A stretch of DNA of 64,000 bases from the human T2T-CHM13v2.0 reference genome, Homo sapiens, in assembly GCF_009914755.1 (NCBI RefSeq), contig NC_060925.1; one strand, given 5' to 3'. The first letter of the stretch is position 1. Every line of letters begins with the position of its first letter. Both the position numbers and the translations under genes were made by a program. Below, in pieces: positions 26,152 to 40,827 of the stretch. The notes under the pieces were generated by a model that was not told the origin of the DNA, did not search any database, and was given only the letters and a program-made list of their open reading frames with translations.

Positions 26152-27759
26152 CAATCAGGGAGGTAGAGTTGAGACCTGTCAAAACGTGGATGTTTTCATC
26201 ATGTGAATGTGAGAGAGAAAAGATGAACTGGGATTGGGAGAGTTAGGTACAACTGAGTCATGACAGTCAAAGTGGGTGTACTGTATATAGAGTCACCGCA
26301 GGTGAGCTGAAAAACAACAGGTTAAACTGACAACTGCATTATGACCCGTGGGTGTAAGTATATCCCATCTGTGGAAAGATAAAAATTTTGTTGACTCACA
26401 GTTGATAACATGCAGAAAATGTGTAAATGATGCTGAGAGGAACCACAAGGTCACTCATGAGGTAATAGTTTAGTAGAATTTTTGAGGAAAAAGAGATCTT
26501 TGTGGTGATCTGATCTACTTCTAGAAATGTTTAGTAACTTATCCAAAGCCCCTGGGCTGCTTAGTCATACTGGAGCTATACCCAAGATACTCAGATTCTT
26601 AGTACAAAAATAGCGTTTTCAGTAAAGGAAGAGGTTTGCTTACCCGCAGAGATTCACCAAAATTGTCACAATTAAAAACTCACTTTTCAAAATGCAACCC
26701 TATCCCAAACACTGTGCCATTAAGACAAAGATAGCATACTGAAAGTTAAGGAAACGTCTTGAGTTCAAATTTTGTCTGAGTTAACTAGGCAGTCACAAAC
26801 TGTATCGCAGAACATAGGCAAGCTGCTAGAATATCAAAGGCCACATGAGGAAATCAGATCATTTAAACGGATCAGTGCTTATCAATTTTAACTGGAATTA
26901 CCAGAAAGTCTGAGATCCAGTTTATCTTAAATACCATAAACAACAACAACAACAAACAAACGACAAAATTCAAAATGTCACTTACTAATGGTGAGCTAGC
27001 AGCATCATCTCTATTTATGCAGGGTGGAAATGTTGTAAAATGGGCAATATTTTATTAAAAAGACTGATAACATTCATGAATTCAATGCGTGTGGCATTAA
27101 AAAAATAGGAGTTTAGCCAGGGGATTTTAAAGCCCTGCAAATAGTGGAAATCTCTAAGTCGGTGGTAGCAGACGTGTTAGATTCTGTTCAAATTCATGTC
27201 TAAAGGACACATTATTAAGTATTTAAATCACAATGGGATTGAACTAGCAGAAAGCACTTAAAATACTTTGTAAGAAAATTGATAATCAAAGGAGTGAGAA
27301 TGGCTCATGGTGTTTCCAGAATGAGAAAGTATATGCAGACCCTAAAGGGTGAAGTGTGACATAAAGTCCTTATAATTCTAAGACATTGATTGTAACCCCT
27401 GGAGCCTTCAGGAGGGAGCCTGAGGGTGATGGCATATATCAGGGGAGTAAAAGTGGAGGGAAAAAAGCTTTTGGGATTTCTTTCCCTATTGGATAATTAT
27501 AACTTCATTGTATTACACACACAGAATTGTTTCTTTTTTATGACTGGAATATTATTTTAGTTTTTATACTGCCAAACTGCTTATGGAGCGTAAGAATCAA
27601 GTCTCTCTATCATGTAGTGAGGGAGATAGTCTGAGACATTTGCTCATTCTGTTAATTTTGATACATGCTGCTATAGACTCTTTTTTTAAAAAAACCATTG
27701 ATTTTATTATTGGTGTATACATCAGTGATGAGATAATGTTTTTCTTAATAAGTTAAATT

Positions 27760-29120
27760 TATCAATTTATTTTTATTTTGGTAAAATACAGATAGCATAT
27801 AAATTTATCATTGTAACTATTTTAAGTGTGCAAGTCAGTGGAATTAAGTTCTTTCACAAGACTGTACCATCACCTCTATCAAGCGTCAGAACTTTTTCAT
27901 CACCTCAAATGGAAAACCTGTAGCCATCGAGCAGTCAGTCTTCATTTGCCAGCTCTCCCTAGCCCTGCCAGCCACTAATCTGCTTTCTCTATGTATGGAT
28001 TTGCCTATTTTGGATATTACATATAAATGGACTTATATCATACATGTTATTGTGTCTGGTTTCTTTCATTTAACATGATATTTTCAAGGTTCATCTATGT
28101 TGTAGCGTGTATCAGTACTTCATTCTCTTTTAAAGAGGAATAATATTCCATTCTATGACTCTACCACCTTTTGTTTATTCATCTGTTGACAGACATTTGG
28201 GTTAGTTTGTTGATGAACATTTGAGTTGTTTCTACCTTTTGGCTATTGTGAATAGAGCTGCTATGAACATTCACATACAAGTTTTTGTTTGAACTCCGTT
28301 TCTGATTCTACTGGGTATACCTGGGAGTGGAATTGCTAGGTCTTATGGAAATTCTATGAACAACTTACTATTGAACCAGCAAACTTTTCTGCTGCAGCTA
28401 AACAGTCTTTACATTTCTACAAGCAATTTGTGTTCCAGTTTCTCCACATAATCACCAGCACTTGTTATTTTCCACTTTTTACAATCTTTTTTTTTTCCTT
28501 TATGGCCATCGTAGTGGATACAAAGTGGCATCTCATTGTGGTTTTGATTTGTGTTTCCCAGCAGCTAATAATGTTGTGCATTTTTTAATGTGCTTGTTGG
28601 CCACTTACTTGTCTTCTTTGGAAAAATGTCTATTCAAGTCTTTTGCCTATTTTTTGATTGGGTTGTTTGTCTTTTTGTAAGTGTTCCTTATATACTCTGA
28701 ATATTATACCCTTATGAAATACATGATTTGCAAATATTTTCTCTCGCTCTGTATATTGTCTTTTAACTCTTTTGACAATGTCTTTTTGATGAACAAAAGT
28801 TTCTAATTTTGATGAAGACTAATTTATCTATTTTTTTTGTTGTTGTTTTTGGTTTTCATGTCATATTTAACAAAACAGTGAGACTTCCAAGGTCATGAAA
28901 ATGTACTTCTATGATTACTTCTAAGAGTTTATAATTTTTTGCTCTTTCATTTAGGCTTTTGATGTATTTTGAGTTACGTTTTGTATATGCTGTAAGGTAG
29001 GGTCCAACTTCATTCTTTAGCAGGTGTCTATCCAGTTGTGTTGAACTGGATATATGTGTTGAAAGGATTACACTTTCTCTATTGACACCCTTGTCAAAAA
29101 TCAAGTGACATAAACCCATA
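27760..29120 (-). mobile_element. L1MB-type 3' fragment
   Basis: TTTTCAAGGTTCATCTATGTTGTAGCGTGTATCAGTACTTCATTC...GTGGAATTGCTAGGTC...TCTTCTTTGGAAAAATGTCTATTCAAGTC; ORF2 remnants (..PYLTAYTKRNSK..). Confidence 0.85.
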
Positions 29121-29266
29121 GACGTATGTTAGCTAGTATCTAGTCTAATGGGTCCAAATATGAACCGTATTCTGAAGACTCTCTGAATTATATTCCTGGC
29201 CAGCACCTCTATGCCAAACTTCAGATTCACATATCTAACTGCCTATACTACAGCTTCATTTGGATG

Positions 29267-29687
29267 GTGTTATGAACTGAATTGTGCCCTACACCCATTC
29301 ATATGTTGAAACCATAACCCACAATGTGACTATATTTGGAGATAAGGCCCTTAAGGGGATAATTATGAGTAAATGAGTTTATAAGAGTGGCAGCCTAATG
29401 TCATAAGATTGGAATACTTATAAAAAGAGTAAGAAATACTAGCTATCTTCCCTCCCTGCCTACCCCAGTCTCTTTCTTTCCACACATGCACAGAGGAAAG
29501 GCCAGATGAGGACACAGCAAGCAGGCAGATGGCTGCGAGCTGGAAGGGAAGCGTCATCAGAAACCAACCCTGAGGGTACCTTGATCTTGGACTTCCAGTC
29601 TCCAGAACTGTGAGAAAATACATTTCTGTTGCCCGCCACCACCCAGTTTGTGGTGTTTTGTTATGATATCTCGACCTGCCTAATACA
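29267..29687 (+). mobile_element. MaLR LTR (MLT1B/C-like)
   Basis: TGTTATGAACTGAATTGTG...ATTCATATGTTGAAACC...ACCTTGATCTTGGACTTCCAGTCTCCAGAACTGTGAGAAAATACATTTCTGTTG...CTAATACA. Confidence 0.85.
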
Positions 29688-29834
29688 GATGGCTAATGCA
29701 AAGCTCCAGTGCAACACTTTAGAAAACGAACCCTGTTGTACACCTGACCTCCTCCAGCTGCAGTCTCCTCTTCTCAGTTGATGACAACTGAGAACTCTAT
29801 TCTTCCATTTGCTTAGTCCAGAAGCTTGGAGTCC

Positions 29835-30487
29835 ATGTGGTTCCAAACCCATGGCACCGTATGCCAATCACTGAAATGATGAGTTTTGTGGCAGAGAATG
29901 AGTTTATTTATGAGGGAGTCAAGTGAGAAAGCAGGAGAACAGGTCTCAAATCAGTCTCCCTGAAAATGGGATTTTAGGGATATTTATGGGATAGAGGAGT
30001 GAGGTGGTCCAAGGTGTAGGAAAATGTGATTGGGGTAGGAAAAAATGAGGTAATCAGTAATCTGCTCAAATATAGTCAAACTTCATGGCTCTTCATAGCA
30101 CACATGTTCACAAAATGGTGTCATTAACATGATCTGAGGGTGGAGTTTTGGGCACTGTGACATCTAAAGGTCACCCATTGGATATTCACGCAGGTCCAGT
30201 TGGGGACCAGTGGTTTCAGCTAGCTTGAACTGGACAAGAGTTGACCCTCGTTCCTGAAAAGAACTTAAGCAATCGTTACCACAGTGATCTATACATGAGA
30301 GATGTTATCTCTGAGGAAACTGGTGGCAGTTTTATTTTTTTTTATTATATATTGCTTAGCTACGTGACCTTTAGCTATGAAAATCTTAAAATAAACTAGA
30401 AACAAGTGACCGACTAAAAGCAAGCGACTAAAGCCAGTGAGGCAAGTTAAGTCTGGGCCTAATCAGGGGAGCCCTCGGCCTCAAACA
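29835..30487. mobile_element. MER4-group/ERV1 solo LTR (family uncertain, LOR1-related)
   Basis: GCCAATCACTGAAATGATGAG...GGAGAACAGGTCTCAAATCAGTCTCCCTG resembles LOR1/MER31-group LTR ends; it interrupts an L2-like stretch. Confidence 0.55.
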
Positions 30488-30902
30488 TTGACCCCTCTCA
30501 TTTCCACGACCTCTGTTCCTCACATATAATCTGTCAGCAAATCCTTTTGACTCTATTTTTAAAGATATCCAGATTACAATCATTTTTACAACGAATCACC
30601 CTGTCTCAGCTAGATTACTTGTATTAAAATCACAACGATTTTACTTGAAAACGCTTCACTGACTTCCTACCTGACTCTGTAAATACCCCATGTTGTTTCA
30701 TAATCCATGAGTATCTACTGTCTGCGCCTTCCCCCTCCACACACATTACCTCTCTGATCCCACTTCCCACCACTTCTCCCATTCCTCCCTCTACTGTAGC
30801 CTCACAGGCTTCCTCGCTCCTCAAAAACGCCAGGCTCTCACTTGCCATGCTGCTTTTAGCTCTGCTGGTTCCTCTGCCTAGAATAGTCTCTCTCTCTCTC
30901 TC

Positions 30903-31149
30903 TTTTTGATACAGAGTCTCGCACTGTTGCCTGGGCTGAAGTGCAGTGGCCCAATCTCAGCTTACTGCAACCTCTGCCTCCCGGGATTACAGGCATGTGC
31001 TACCACGCCTGGGTAATTTTTTGTATTTTTAGTAGAGATGGGGTTTCACCATGTTGGCCAGGCTGGTCTCGAACTCCTGACTTCATCATCCACCTGCCTA
31101 AGCCTCCCAAAGTGCTGGGATTATAGGCTTGAGCCACCACGCCCAGCCA
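30903..31149 (-). mobile_element. AluS with ~40-bp internal deletion
   Basis: CTCTGCCTCCCGGG is joined directly to ATTACAGGC; the rest matches Alu. Confidence 0.88.
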
Positions 31150-32545
31150 GTTTCCATCTCTTAACAAGTGCTTGGCTGAGGCCTCACATCTGTCCTTAAC
31201 CTTCACCTCAGAGGCATTTTCCCTGATGGTGTTACTTCGAATTGTCAAACTTATCCTTTTCCCACTTCTGCTCTATTTCTCTCCGGAGCACTGTTCAGCA
31301 CGTATTGAAGCATTCTACATGCTTATTTTTACTTATGTGTCTTGTTCTGTCAGAATAGAAGCTCATGAAGGCAGTGGTGTCTACTTTGTTTCTTCTGCAT
31401 CCCCAGTTTCCGAGCATGGGCACGAAGATGCAGCTTAATAAAGGAGTGCTGATGTGTGAGCAGATGTATGAACTGAAGGTGGGGGCAGTGACCACTGTGG
31501 GGATGCAAGAGCAAGTGGGGGAGGGAGGCCTTACTTTATTGCAAACGAGCAAGCTTTCTGCAACGCGTCAGAAGGATTAGAAAGGATAAGACTGCACTCC
31601 GGGTTTTGCAGTTTCTCTTTTCTTTTCAATTCACGTAGAATACAATCACTCCACTACCAAATATTTGTCATTCATGCATTTCCTAAACTGTAACCACCTG
31701 CAAGGAAAAAAACTCAAGAGCCTTTGAGAAAGTTGTAATGTCTTGCATATCCTCATTTTTATATGTTCTCTATTTCTGTTTAGAAGGCATTGAGTTACTG
31801 AGTATTAAAAATAAAAGAAACTGCTGAAAAGAATTTTTTTCAAAAATGACACAAATATTCTTTTAAGTGACAGTTACACTACTCAAGCCTTTTATTTTTT
31901 CATCCAGACATTTCTTTACCCATTTGGTCATAGTTTTGTCTAAACCTATGCTGGTTTAAATTATAAATCCTGTGACTATTTTCTTGCAAAAGCTTTTTCA
32001 ATTTTTTTTTTCCTATTGAAGCTATTAAAACAACAAGGAAATGCCTCTTGCTAGTTAGAGCAATGCATTGCTTATAATTAATGTCTTTTGGCAATTTCCC
32101 AGCAACTGAGCTTCTCAGAACTCAAGTTTCCATGGTATATCCTTGAGCAAAGCAGTAGGTTTGGCCTCCCATGTCATATGGATCACAGTTGGTGGGGTAG
32201 AATATTGAGAACTAATTCAGCTATTCATTATATGTCGGTATTTTCCGCACGGTCTCATCATGGCCTATATGGAGTACTCAGTCTCATCCCCAAATGGCTG
32301 AAACTGGGGTGCAGATGGAACCAAGGTGGAGCCCAAATAAAAAATCAGGTCTCCTGCACACAGAAAATGAATGGTGTTTTCAAATCAAACTACAAGTCAA
32401 AAAACACACAGACACTCCAAATTTGAGATGTTGGCCTGAAACCCGGCTGCTTCTTGAAATAGAAAAACCCTTAGGTGAGCAGTAATAGGGATTTCTATTT
32501 TTAAGAATGGCAGAGGACTCCTAGAAAAGATGGATAGAAAAACCT

Positions 32546-32922
<377 letters not shown>

Positions 32923-32946
32923 TTATTTTAGAAAAAATGCAAGCCA

Positions 32947-33115
32947 AGCTGGGCATTGTGGTGCATACCTGTAGTCCCAGCTACTGGGGAGGCTGAGGCA
33001 GGAGGATCATTTGAGCCCAGGAGTTCTAAGCTTTAGCATGCTCTGATCATGCCTGGGAATAGCCAGTTCATCTCAGCCAGGGCTACACAGTGAGACCTTG
33101 TCTTTTAAAAAAAGG
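32947..33115 (+). mobile_element. Alu monomer (FLAM/FRAM-like)
   Basis: GCTGGGCATTGTGGTGCATACCTGTAGTCCCAGCTACT...GAGACCTTGTCT + A-tail. Confidence 0.75.
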
Positions 33116-34089
33116 AAGAAAGAAGTAAAAAGCAAAGAAAATGAAAGAAAATGTATGCCAGTATGATATTTTCAATGCAAAGTAACTCCTTGTAGAATAC
33201 TGGTGGTCCAAGGAGCAGCATATGGAAAAGGTGGAAGGAAATAATTGCACAGAAAATCCCAAAGTGGATCATTCAGTTCTTGTAGGTATATTTTGTTCTA
33301 GACTTTGCATTTTTAAATGTACTTTGAGTGTCCAAATACCTCAAATAGAAGAGCGAATTGCTCTCTAGGTTTTGGGTTTATGCAAACCTGAAATTTTCAG
33401 TATCAATAAAATCTTTAAATTTTACTTGCTACATACTTCATGAAGGGAGATGTTGCTTGACATTTTAATTTTACCTAAACTAAGCCTGAAACAGGTTATT
33501 TTTTAAACTACAGTATCTAGTCACCCCTGTGATGTGAAAGCTCCTCTTCTACAAAGAATGTCATGAATTTAGCAAACAAGGGCTTCTAATTTAATGACTA
33601 TTTGACTAGAATTATTAAAATTCTACTTAGTCCAAAATAAAATTACCAAGAAGAATATGTAAAATACGTAGGAAATAAAAAATAGAATTTGCCCCAGATA
33701 ATCAGTGGAGGAGTAATTGTCTACAGTTAGTTGGCAGCAAGCTGCATGAGACCTGGTAGAAGACAGAGGATCTGTGTAGAGCTGTAGACCAGAATAATAT
33801 GAGGAAGCACATATTCTGCAACCAAATATCTGTCCTTAGCTTCCCTAACTGCAGGATCTAATCAACAGCGGAGTCAGCAGGGAGCACCAAGCTGGCCTTA
33901 CTCAGTCTCAGGGCTAGAATCAGTGCCCTTGAAAACAAGGCTAAAGAAATGCCCATCGTTTGGATATAATATAAGTAATTGTCTCTAGTACAGTATGTCT
34001 TTCAATTGGAAGCATAAGAACAAGATGTTCAAAGTTGTTATTAAGCATGTGTCAAAGCATTAGTTATTGATATATTAGTATTTATTGTT

Positions 34090-34370
34090 ATGGTAGCCCC
34101 CCTTATCAGTTACCCACAGTGTACTACAATAAGGTATTTTGAGAGAGACAGAACACACATTCAAATAGCTTTTATTACAGTATATTGTTATAATTGTTCT
34201 ATTTTTTATTATTAATCTCTTGCTGTGCCTAATTTATGAATTAAACTTTATCATAAGTATGTATAGGAAAAACATAGTATATACAGGGTTCCGTAGTATC
34301 CACGGTTTCAGGCATCCACTGAACTGGGAGGGTCTTGGAAATTATCCCCCATGGATAAGGCGGAACACTG
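34090..34370. mobile_element. MER44/Tigger7-derived DNA transposon relic
   Basis: CCCCCTTATC...TTTTATTACAGTATATTGTTATAATTGTTCTATT...CGGTTTCAGGCATCCACTG...GGATAAGG...CTG|TA. Confidence 0.7.
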
Positions 34371-34574
34371 TATTATAGTAATTATCGTGGACAAAGCAGA
34401 AAGTCAAAAGAGCTGGTTCTAAAAGCATTTGAATAATAGGGACTTATATGGAGTTACTCCAGAAACAAATACCCAAACTAAGATTACTAAATTATATATG
34501 AATTTATTTAACTTTCTACTTAAAATAAATCAAAACTACTTGCTTCTCTACCAGCCATAAGTTATTGGTAGTAA

Positions 34575-34745
<171 letters not shown>

Positions 34746-35376
34746 TGACTACAAGTGTGCGTCACCCTGGTTTAACTTCTAATTTTATGTGAACAAGAGA
34801 ACCTTTATAAGTTGCTAATTCTTATGTCAAACAATTAAAACAATGGGCACCAGAGCATTGAAAAACAAGCTGAGTTGATCACTGATAAAGGATAGGACCA
34901 CATGTCACTAAAAGAAACACACCAAGCAGGCTGCTGAATGAAAACTTCATGTGAGGTTGTAGAGAGAGAGCTCATGATGGCTGTGCTGATGAAAGGTCGA
35001 AATTTTGCATGCTTGGAAGGACAGAATTAGGCCACAGATCTGTAGACAGCTTGTTAAACCGAATTGTATCATTCATCAGTCAGGAAAACATTTTTAGTTA
35101 GGTCCTGATTCTAAAAGAGTTGGTAAATAAGACCTCTCCAAGTTTTTCAACACTATTAGCTTTGGGTTTTATATCCTTCGAAGTTTCTGTTCATATAACA
35201 GCTTCTGCCCGGCAGCTGCACGTAGGGAAACACAACTCTCAGCTGTGATATATTCAGGCAAGTGGTGTCATAAAGAGAAACCTTCCATTTAGATTTGCAA
35301 ATATATTGTGACCACAAAGGTACATTCCCCACAAGTTCCACATGAGGATCAATTAGGCTAATGAGAAAATTCTTGT

Positions 35377-35703
<327 letters not shown>

Positions 35704-36379
35704 GAACTTTTTTTAGTATGAAATAATAACAACAAATAACCAAGCAATCTTCATTTTGCCTTTTACCAAATTTGAGGTAATTTTTTTCTATCATACAACA
35801 AATACAACAAGATTTAAATGTAGTCAAGCAATGACATTGAAAACATTTGAAGCCAAATATCCCATTTGGTGAAATGCTAGCTTTTTCATTGGTTAATTCT
35901 CATCTTATTGGTCATTCCTTAAAAATGAAATAATTGAGTCAGATTTGAGAGTTTGTTTCTCTACCCTGTACTTAGGTAAGGAATTGGTTTTGGTTCCAAT
36001 ATTATCTGCAAATGAGCAGGGACTCGCTGTCAACAGGTATGCCCTGTTTCAGTGCACGTGCTTGGTCTGGCCCCATGCCTTGCAGGACTGACTGAGACAA
36101 GATCTCCTACTCCTCTGGTGGGCAACTCCTGTTGTAGATTTAATATTACAAATATGTACAATTTTTTATATAGGCAAATTTGCCAGCTAGTATTAACAAT
36201 TATAAGCACTGTCAATAATACTGTCAGGATTTATTTGTAAGAATATTAACTGTAGCATTATTGCAACAGAAAAACTGGACATAACAACAAAAAAAGAACT
36301 GGTTGAAAACTATCATTATGATGATTATGCAAAGGGGTACTTTGCACCCATTAGTAATGATGTTAAGAAAATGTATTTA

Positions 36380-36960
36380 ATCATAGTCATCCTAACAGGT
36401 ATGAGAGCCCTCATCGTGGTTTTGATTCATATTTCCCTAATAATTAGTGATGTTGAGTATCTTTTCAAAGACCTCTTGGCCATTTGTATGTCTTCTTTGG
36501 AGAGGTGTCTATTCAGTACCTTTGCCCATTTTCAAAATTGGGTTATGTTTGTTTATTTAGTTATTTTTGCTATTGAGCTGTGTGAGTTCCTTAAATTTTT
36601 TGGTAATTAACCCCTTATTAAATATACGGTTTGCAAATATTTTCTCCCACTCCATAGGTTGCCTTTTCATTCTCATTGTTACAGCATAGTATCTCTAGTT
36701 AAACATAAGGTATTGTGTACTTAACAATTCATCAAGAGTGTAGATCTCATGTTAATTGTTCTTACTACAAAAAGAAAAAAGAAAAAATCACGAAGAGCTA
36801 CAAGGAAACTGTCGGAGATGATAGATATCTTTATTACCTTGACTGTGGTGATGGTAGCATAAATGTACGCATATGTCCAAACTCATCAAATTATGTACAT
36901 TAATTATATTCACGTTCTTTTATATCAATATATCAACAAAGCTAGGAAAGAAAGAAATAA
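36380..36960. mobile_element. L1MA/MB fragment with inversion (minus 36380-36680, plus 3' end 36681-36960)
   Basis: Antisense ORF2-end sequence (..GGCCATTTGTATGTCTTCTTTGGAG..) abuts a sense 3'UTR (..GTAGATCTCATG...GACTGTGGTGATGG...CAAACTCATCAAATT...A-rich tail). Confidence 0.7.
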
Positions 36961-37478
<518 letters not shown>

Positions 37479-37625
37479 GAAAATGGTCTTTAAAACTGTA
37501 TTTTATGGCATGATAACACTTATGTGCAAAGGATGATCCTATTTTTGGAAACTTTTAAATCAATGGGTGCATGTTTGTTTTCACAAAGCAAGGATGATAA
37601 ATGTGTGCACCAGAATTCACAAGGG

Positions 37626-37942
37626 GGCTGGATGTGGTGGCTCAAGCCTGTAATCCCAGCACTTTGGGAGGCCAAGGCAGGAGGATCGCTTCAACTCAGG
37701 AGTTTGAGACCAGCCTGGGCAACGTAACAAGACCTTTTCTCTACTAAAATTAAAAAAAAAAAAAAAATTAGCCTAGTGTGATGGCACACACCTGTGGTCC
37801 CAGCTACTTGGGGGATGAGGAGGGAGGATCGCTTGAGTCTGGGAGGTACAGGCTGCAGCTGAGCCCTGATCATGCCATTGTACTCCAGCCTGGGCAACAG
37901 AACAAGACCCTGTCTCAAAGACAAAAACAAACAAACAAAAAA
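37626..37942 (+). mobile_element. AluJ-like
   Basis: Dimer with GGAGGATCGCTT and A-tails. Confidence 0.88.
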
Positions 37943-38384
37943 GCACAAGAAGGTAGTTGAGGGTAGTAGGATTCTGGGTTATTTAAATATTTTATTTTTT
38001 CTTATTTGTACTTAATTTTCTACATGGCATTGAGAACTTAAATCAAGTTGAATATTGTGCATGTCTTTGTTCTCAAACAGCAGCCATGGCCATAATAATG
38101 GCAGGATACCTACGGCTTACTGAGACTCCCTTTCATGTAGCTCCTATCCATTCTGCAGATGGAGAACGTGAGTTCCAGGAGATTTGTTTACCAGACCAAT
38201 TTATGCTAGGATGGGACAGAATGGGAGTTAGAGGTGCTGAAAAGATGGAAACCTTTCGTGTTACCACATTTCTGTCATTCGGTGACTAAAAACTAACATG
38301 GAGCTACTTACTTGAGCATTTGAGGATTAATGAGCTCATTTGTGAGTAATCAGATAAGAGAAACAAAGATTTATTTCAATAGCT

Positions 38385-38690
38385 CTCAAATTTTAGTAGG
38401 GAACAGGAGGAATCCACCCCTGAGAGTTTCTGATTCAGCAGGTTTTAGGTGGATCTTGAGAATTTGCATTTCTAATAAGTTCTCAGAGATGCCGGTGTTT
38501 CTGGTCAAGGACAGCAATGGCGGAACACGCTTCTTAGTGCCTTTACCGCTCCATGGATTGGCTGGAGTGGCATCACCTGGGAACTTGTTAGAAAGGCAAA
38601 ATATTGATCCCAGTTTGAAAGAGTCAGAATCTGCATTTTAACAGGATCCTCGGGTGATTTGCTTACATGAGAAAGTTTGGGAAGCAGCAC
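38385..38690. mobile_element. MER5A-type hAT relics
   Basis: GTTTCTGATTCAGCAGG...GAGAATTTGCATTTCTAATAAGTTCTCAG and CATCACCTGGGAACTTGTTAGAAA...TCAGAATCTGCATTTTAACAGGATCC. Confidence 0.75.
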
Positions 38691-39689
38691 TTTGGTACAT
38701 AGGTTGTCACATACGAATTAGATAAATCATAAATCTGAAATGGGGTGTGTGACATTCCTGCTTGTAATATATTTTTCTCATGTTTATAATCGATAAATAA
38801 ACAATACAAAACTTATAAATAATGATAAAGCACTCCAGACTCCTGAGTTCTGCTGCTGGTTAACAGTCAATTAAACTTCCTCAGTCCTGATTTCCTCATT
38901 GGGAGAAAAAAAGAGTTGGAATAGGTGAGCATATAGTTTCTGATTTCAGCAAATAGATTTTGTGTTGGTTGGAAGCTGAAGAAAATCAACCACCTGTGGT
39001 ATAAATCCTTCGGCAGGAGACATCATGAATAAGCGATTTCAGTCTCCTGACAGCCACGGCTCAGAGTCAGCTGTTAGCTGATCTCCTGCCGCTGATATTG
39101 TGGCCTCGAAATTATCACTAGAACCAGCTTGTGCTTTGTGGCTCTGGTGGGCAGCCTAGGGGAGGAAGTGGGGGACCAGATGCTGGCAACAGGTCTTCCA
39201 GGCCCTGCATTTTCCCCATTGTCATGTTAGTCTTTGAGCTGACAACCAGAACAATGGCTTCTTAACCTACCCCAAATAATTTTGATAACCTTCTATTCTC
39301 ATCCTTTTTTTTCCTTTTTCTTTCCCATCTTGTCTTTGAAAGTATCAGACCTCTGAGGAAAGGCTATTGACATTTGATCTGATTATCGTTGCTAGAGCCA
39401 CAAAGAGAAATTTTATTTCTAACGTTGTTTTTTTCTTTTCCCCAAGAAGAGGCTTTCTCTTTGTATGTTTGGAAGAGGACAACATATTTGGAATCTTGAG
39501 ATCTCAGATCTCTGTAATGAGCAGTTTGCCTAAGAAATCATGAATCCAGATTAATCACTTTTATTCCAGCAAAAATGCAACTCTCTTATTGCATTGTGTA
39601 ATCTTATTATTATGCTCACTTCGGAGGAATAGGGAAGTCCTTACCTTGTTTCGTCTTGCAATACTAGAATTTCCTTGAAAGCAAAGTGA

Positions 39690-40005
39690 ACCTGGAGTGA
39701 TAGATTCACTTTCATGTTTCAGCCTGATTTTTTCCCACTGTATGCCCACGCGTGTGTGTATGAGTGTGTGTGTGTGCGTGCAGGCACACACACGCACACT
39801 CACATTTTCCTTTCCGCCTCCCCTTTCGAGCTCTTCCTGCCTTCTCTATCATGCGCAGGCCCCTGGCAGCTCGTGGTTGGCAAGAGCACGAACCCGTGGT
39901 CAGATGCAACGTCCTGCCTCATGCATTTTCCTCTTGGTGCTTTGGTCAGAACTTCCCCAAGTGGAGTGAAACTCAGGAGCTGAGAAACCGAGTCACTGTG
40001 AAAAG
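39690..40005 (+). promoter_or_regulatory. GCSAML: GCSAML proximal promoter/5'UTR region with GATA (TGATAG, CTATCA), ETS-like (CTTCCTG) motifs, a TG/CA repeat and an internal acceptor (…TATCATGCGCAG|G, exon from 39859)
   Basis: Lies directly upstream of the start codon. Motifs were read from sequence; a pyrimidine tract precedes the AG at 39857-39858. Confidence 0.55.
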
Positions 40006-40034
40006 ATGGGAAATTATCTCCTGCGAAAACTCAG
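40006..40034 (+). CDS. GCSAML: GCSAML coding exon 1 (MGNYLLRKL-S)
   Basis: AAGATGG Kozak context; ATG GGA AAT TAT CTC CTG CGA AAA CTC AG|GTGAGT. The peptide matches the GCSAML N-terminus as I recall it and splices in frame to the next three exons. Confidence 0.92.
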
Positions 40035-40827
40035 GTGAGTCTTGACTCTTGGTGCCGCCTTTCTTGGGAGAAAGAGAACAGAGATAAGGAGGCTGGACAT
40101 AACGCATTTGTAATGGTGAGGTACATTGTGCTTCTAGAAGGTTAAGCCTGAAGACAGCATCCTCTAGGAGCACACAGTGACGCCCAGTTGGCTCCTTCTC
40201 TTGCCTTACTCTGGAACAATGATAGGTTGCCAGATGTAGAAAACAAAAATACTGGATGCTAAGTCACATTCAAATTCCAGAAAAACATTTTTTTTTTTAG
40301 TATGAATGTGCCTCATATAATATTTTGGGCATTATAACATGGGTTGTACTTTACTAAAAAGTTATTCATTGTTTATCTGAAATTCAAATTTAGCAGTGCA
40401 TCTTGTATTTCATCTGGCAACCCTACACAATTGTCACTTGAATTTTCCTGCTTCTCTTTTTCTTCATGTGGGTGTAGAGCTTAACTTTCCATCCATCAGC
40501 TTCGTGGGTTGGTATGAGAATGAACAGTTAGGTCCTTGCAAATTATGGATGCGGGATATGCATTTGAATGCCTTTGACTTTAGTCACACCTTTTTTGGTA
40601 ATGTTTAGCCTTACACTCTTCCAATACTTCATAATTTATAGAATGTGTACAGATAACAGGCATTATTGTTCTTACATCTTGCTTAATCTTAAATGATGGG
40701 CTCTACAGCATCCCACTCCTCTGTCCGCTCTCCCAGTCCCCTTCCAGACAATCTTGCATATGACGTGACTACATTGATAGACCCAAGGCAAAACTCTCAT
40801 CATATCGCTCCTGTGCTCCAGTGGGTA

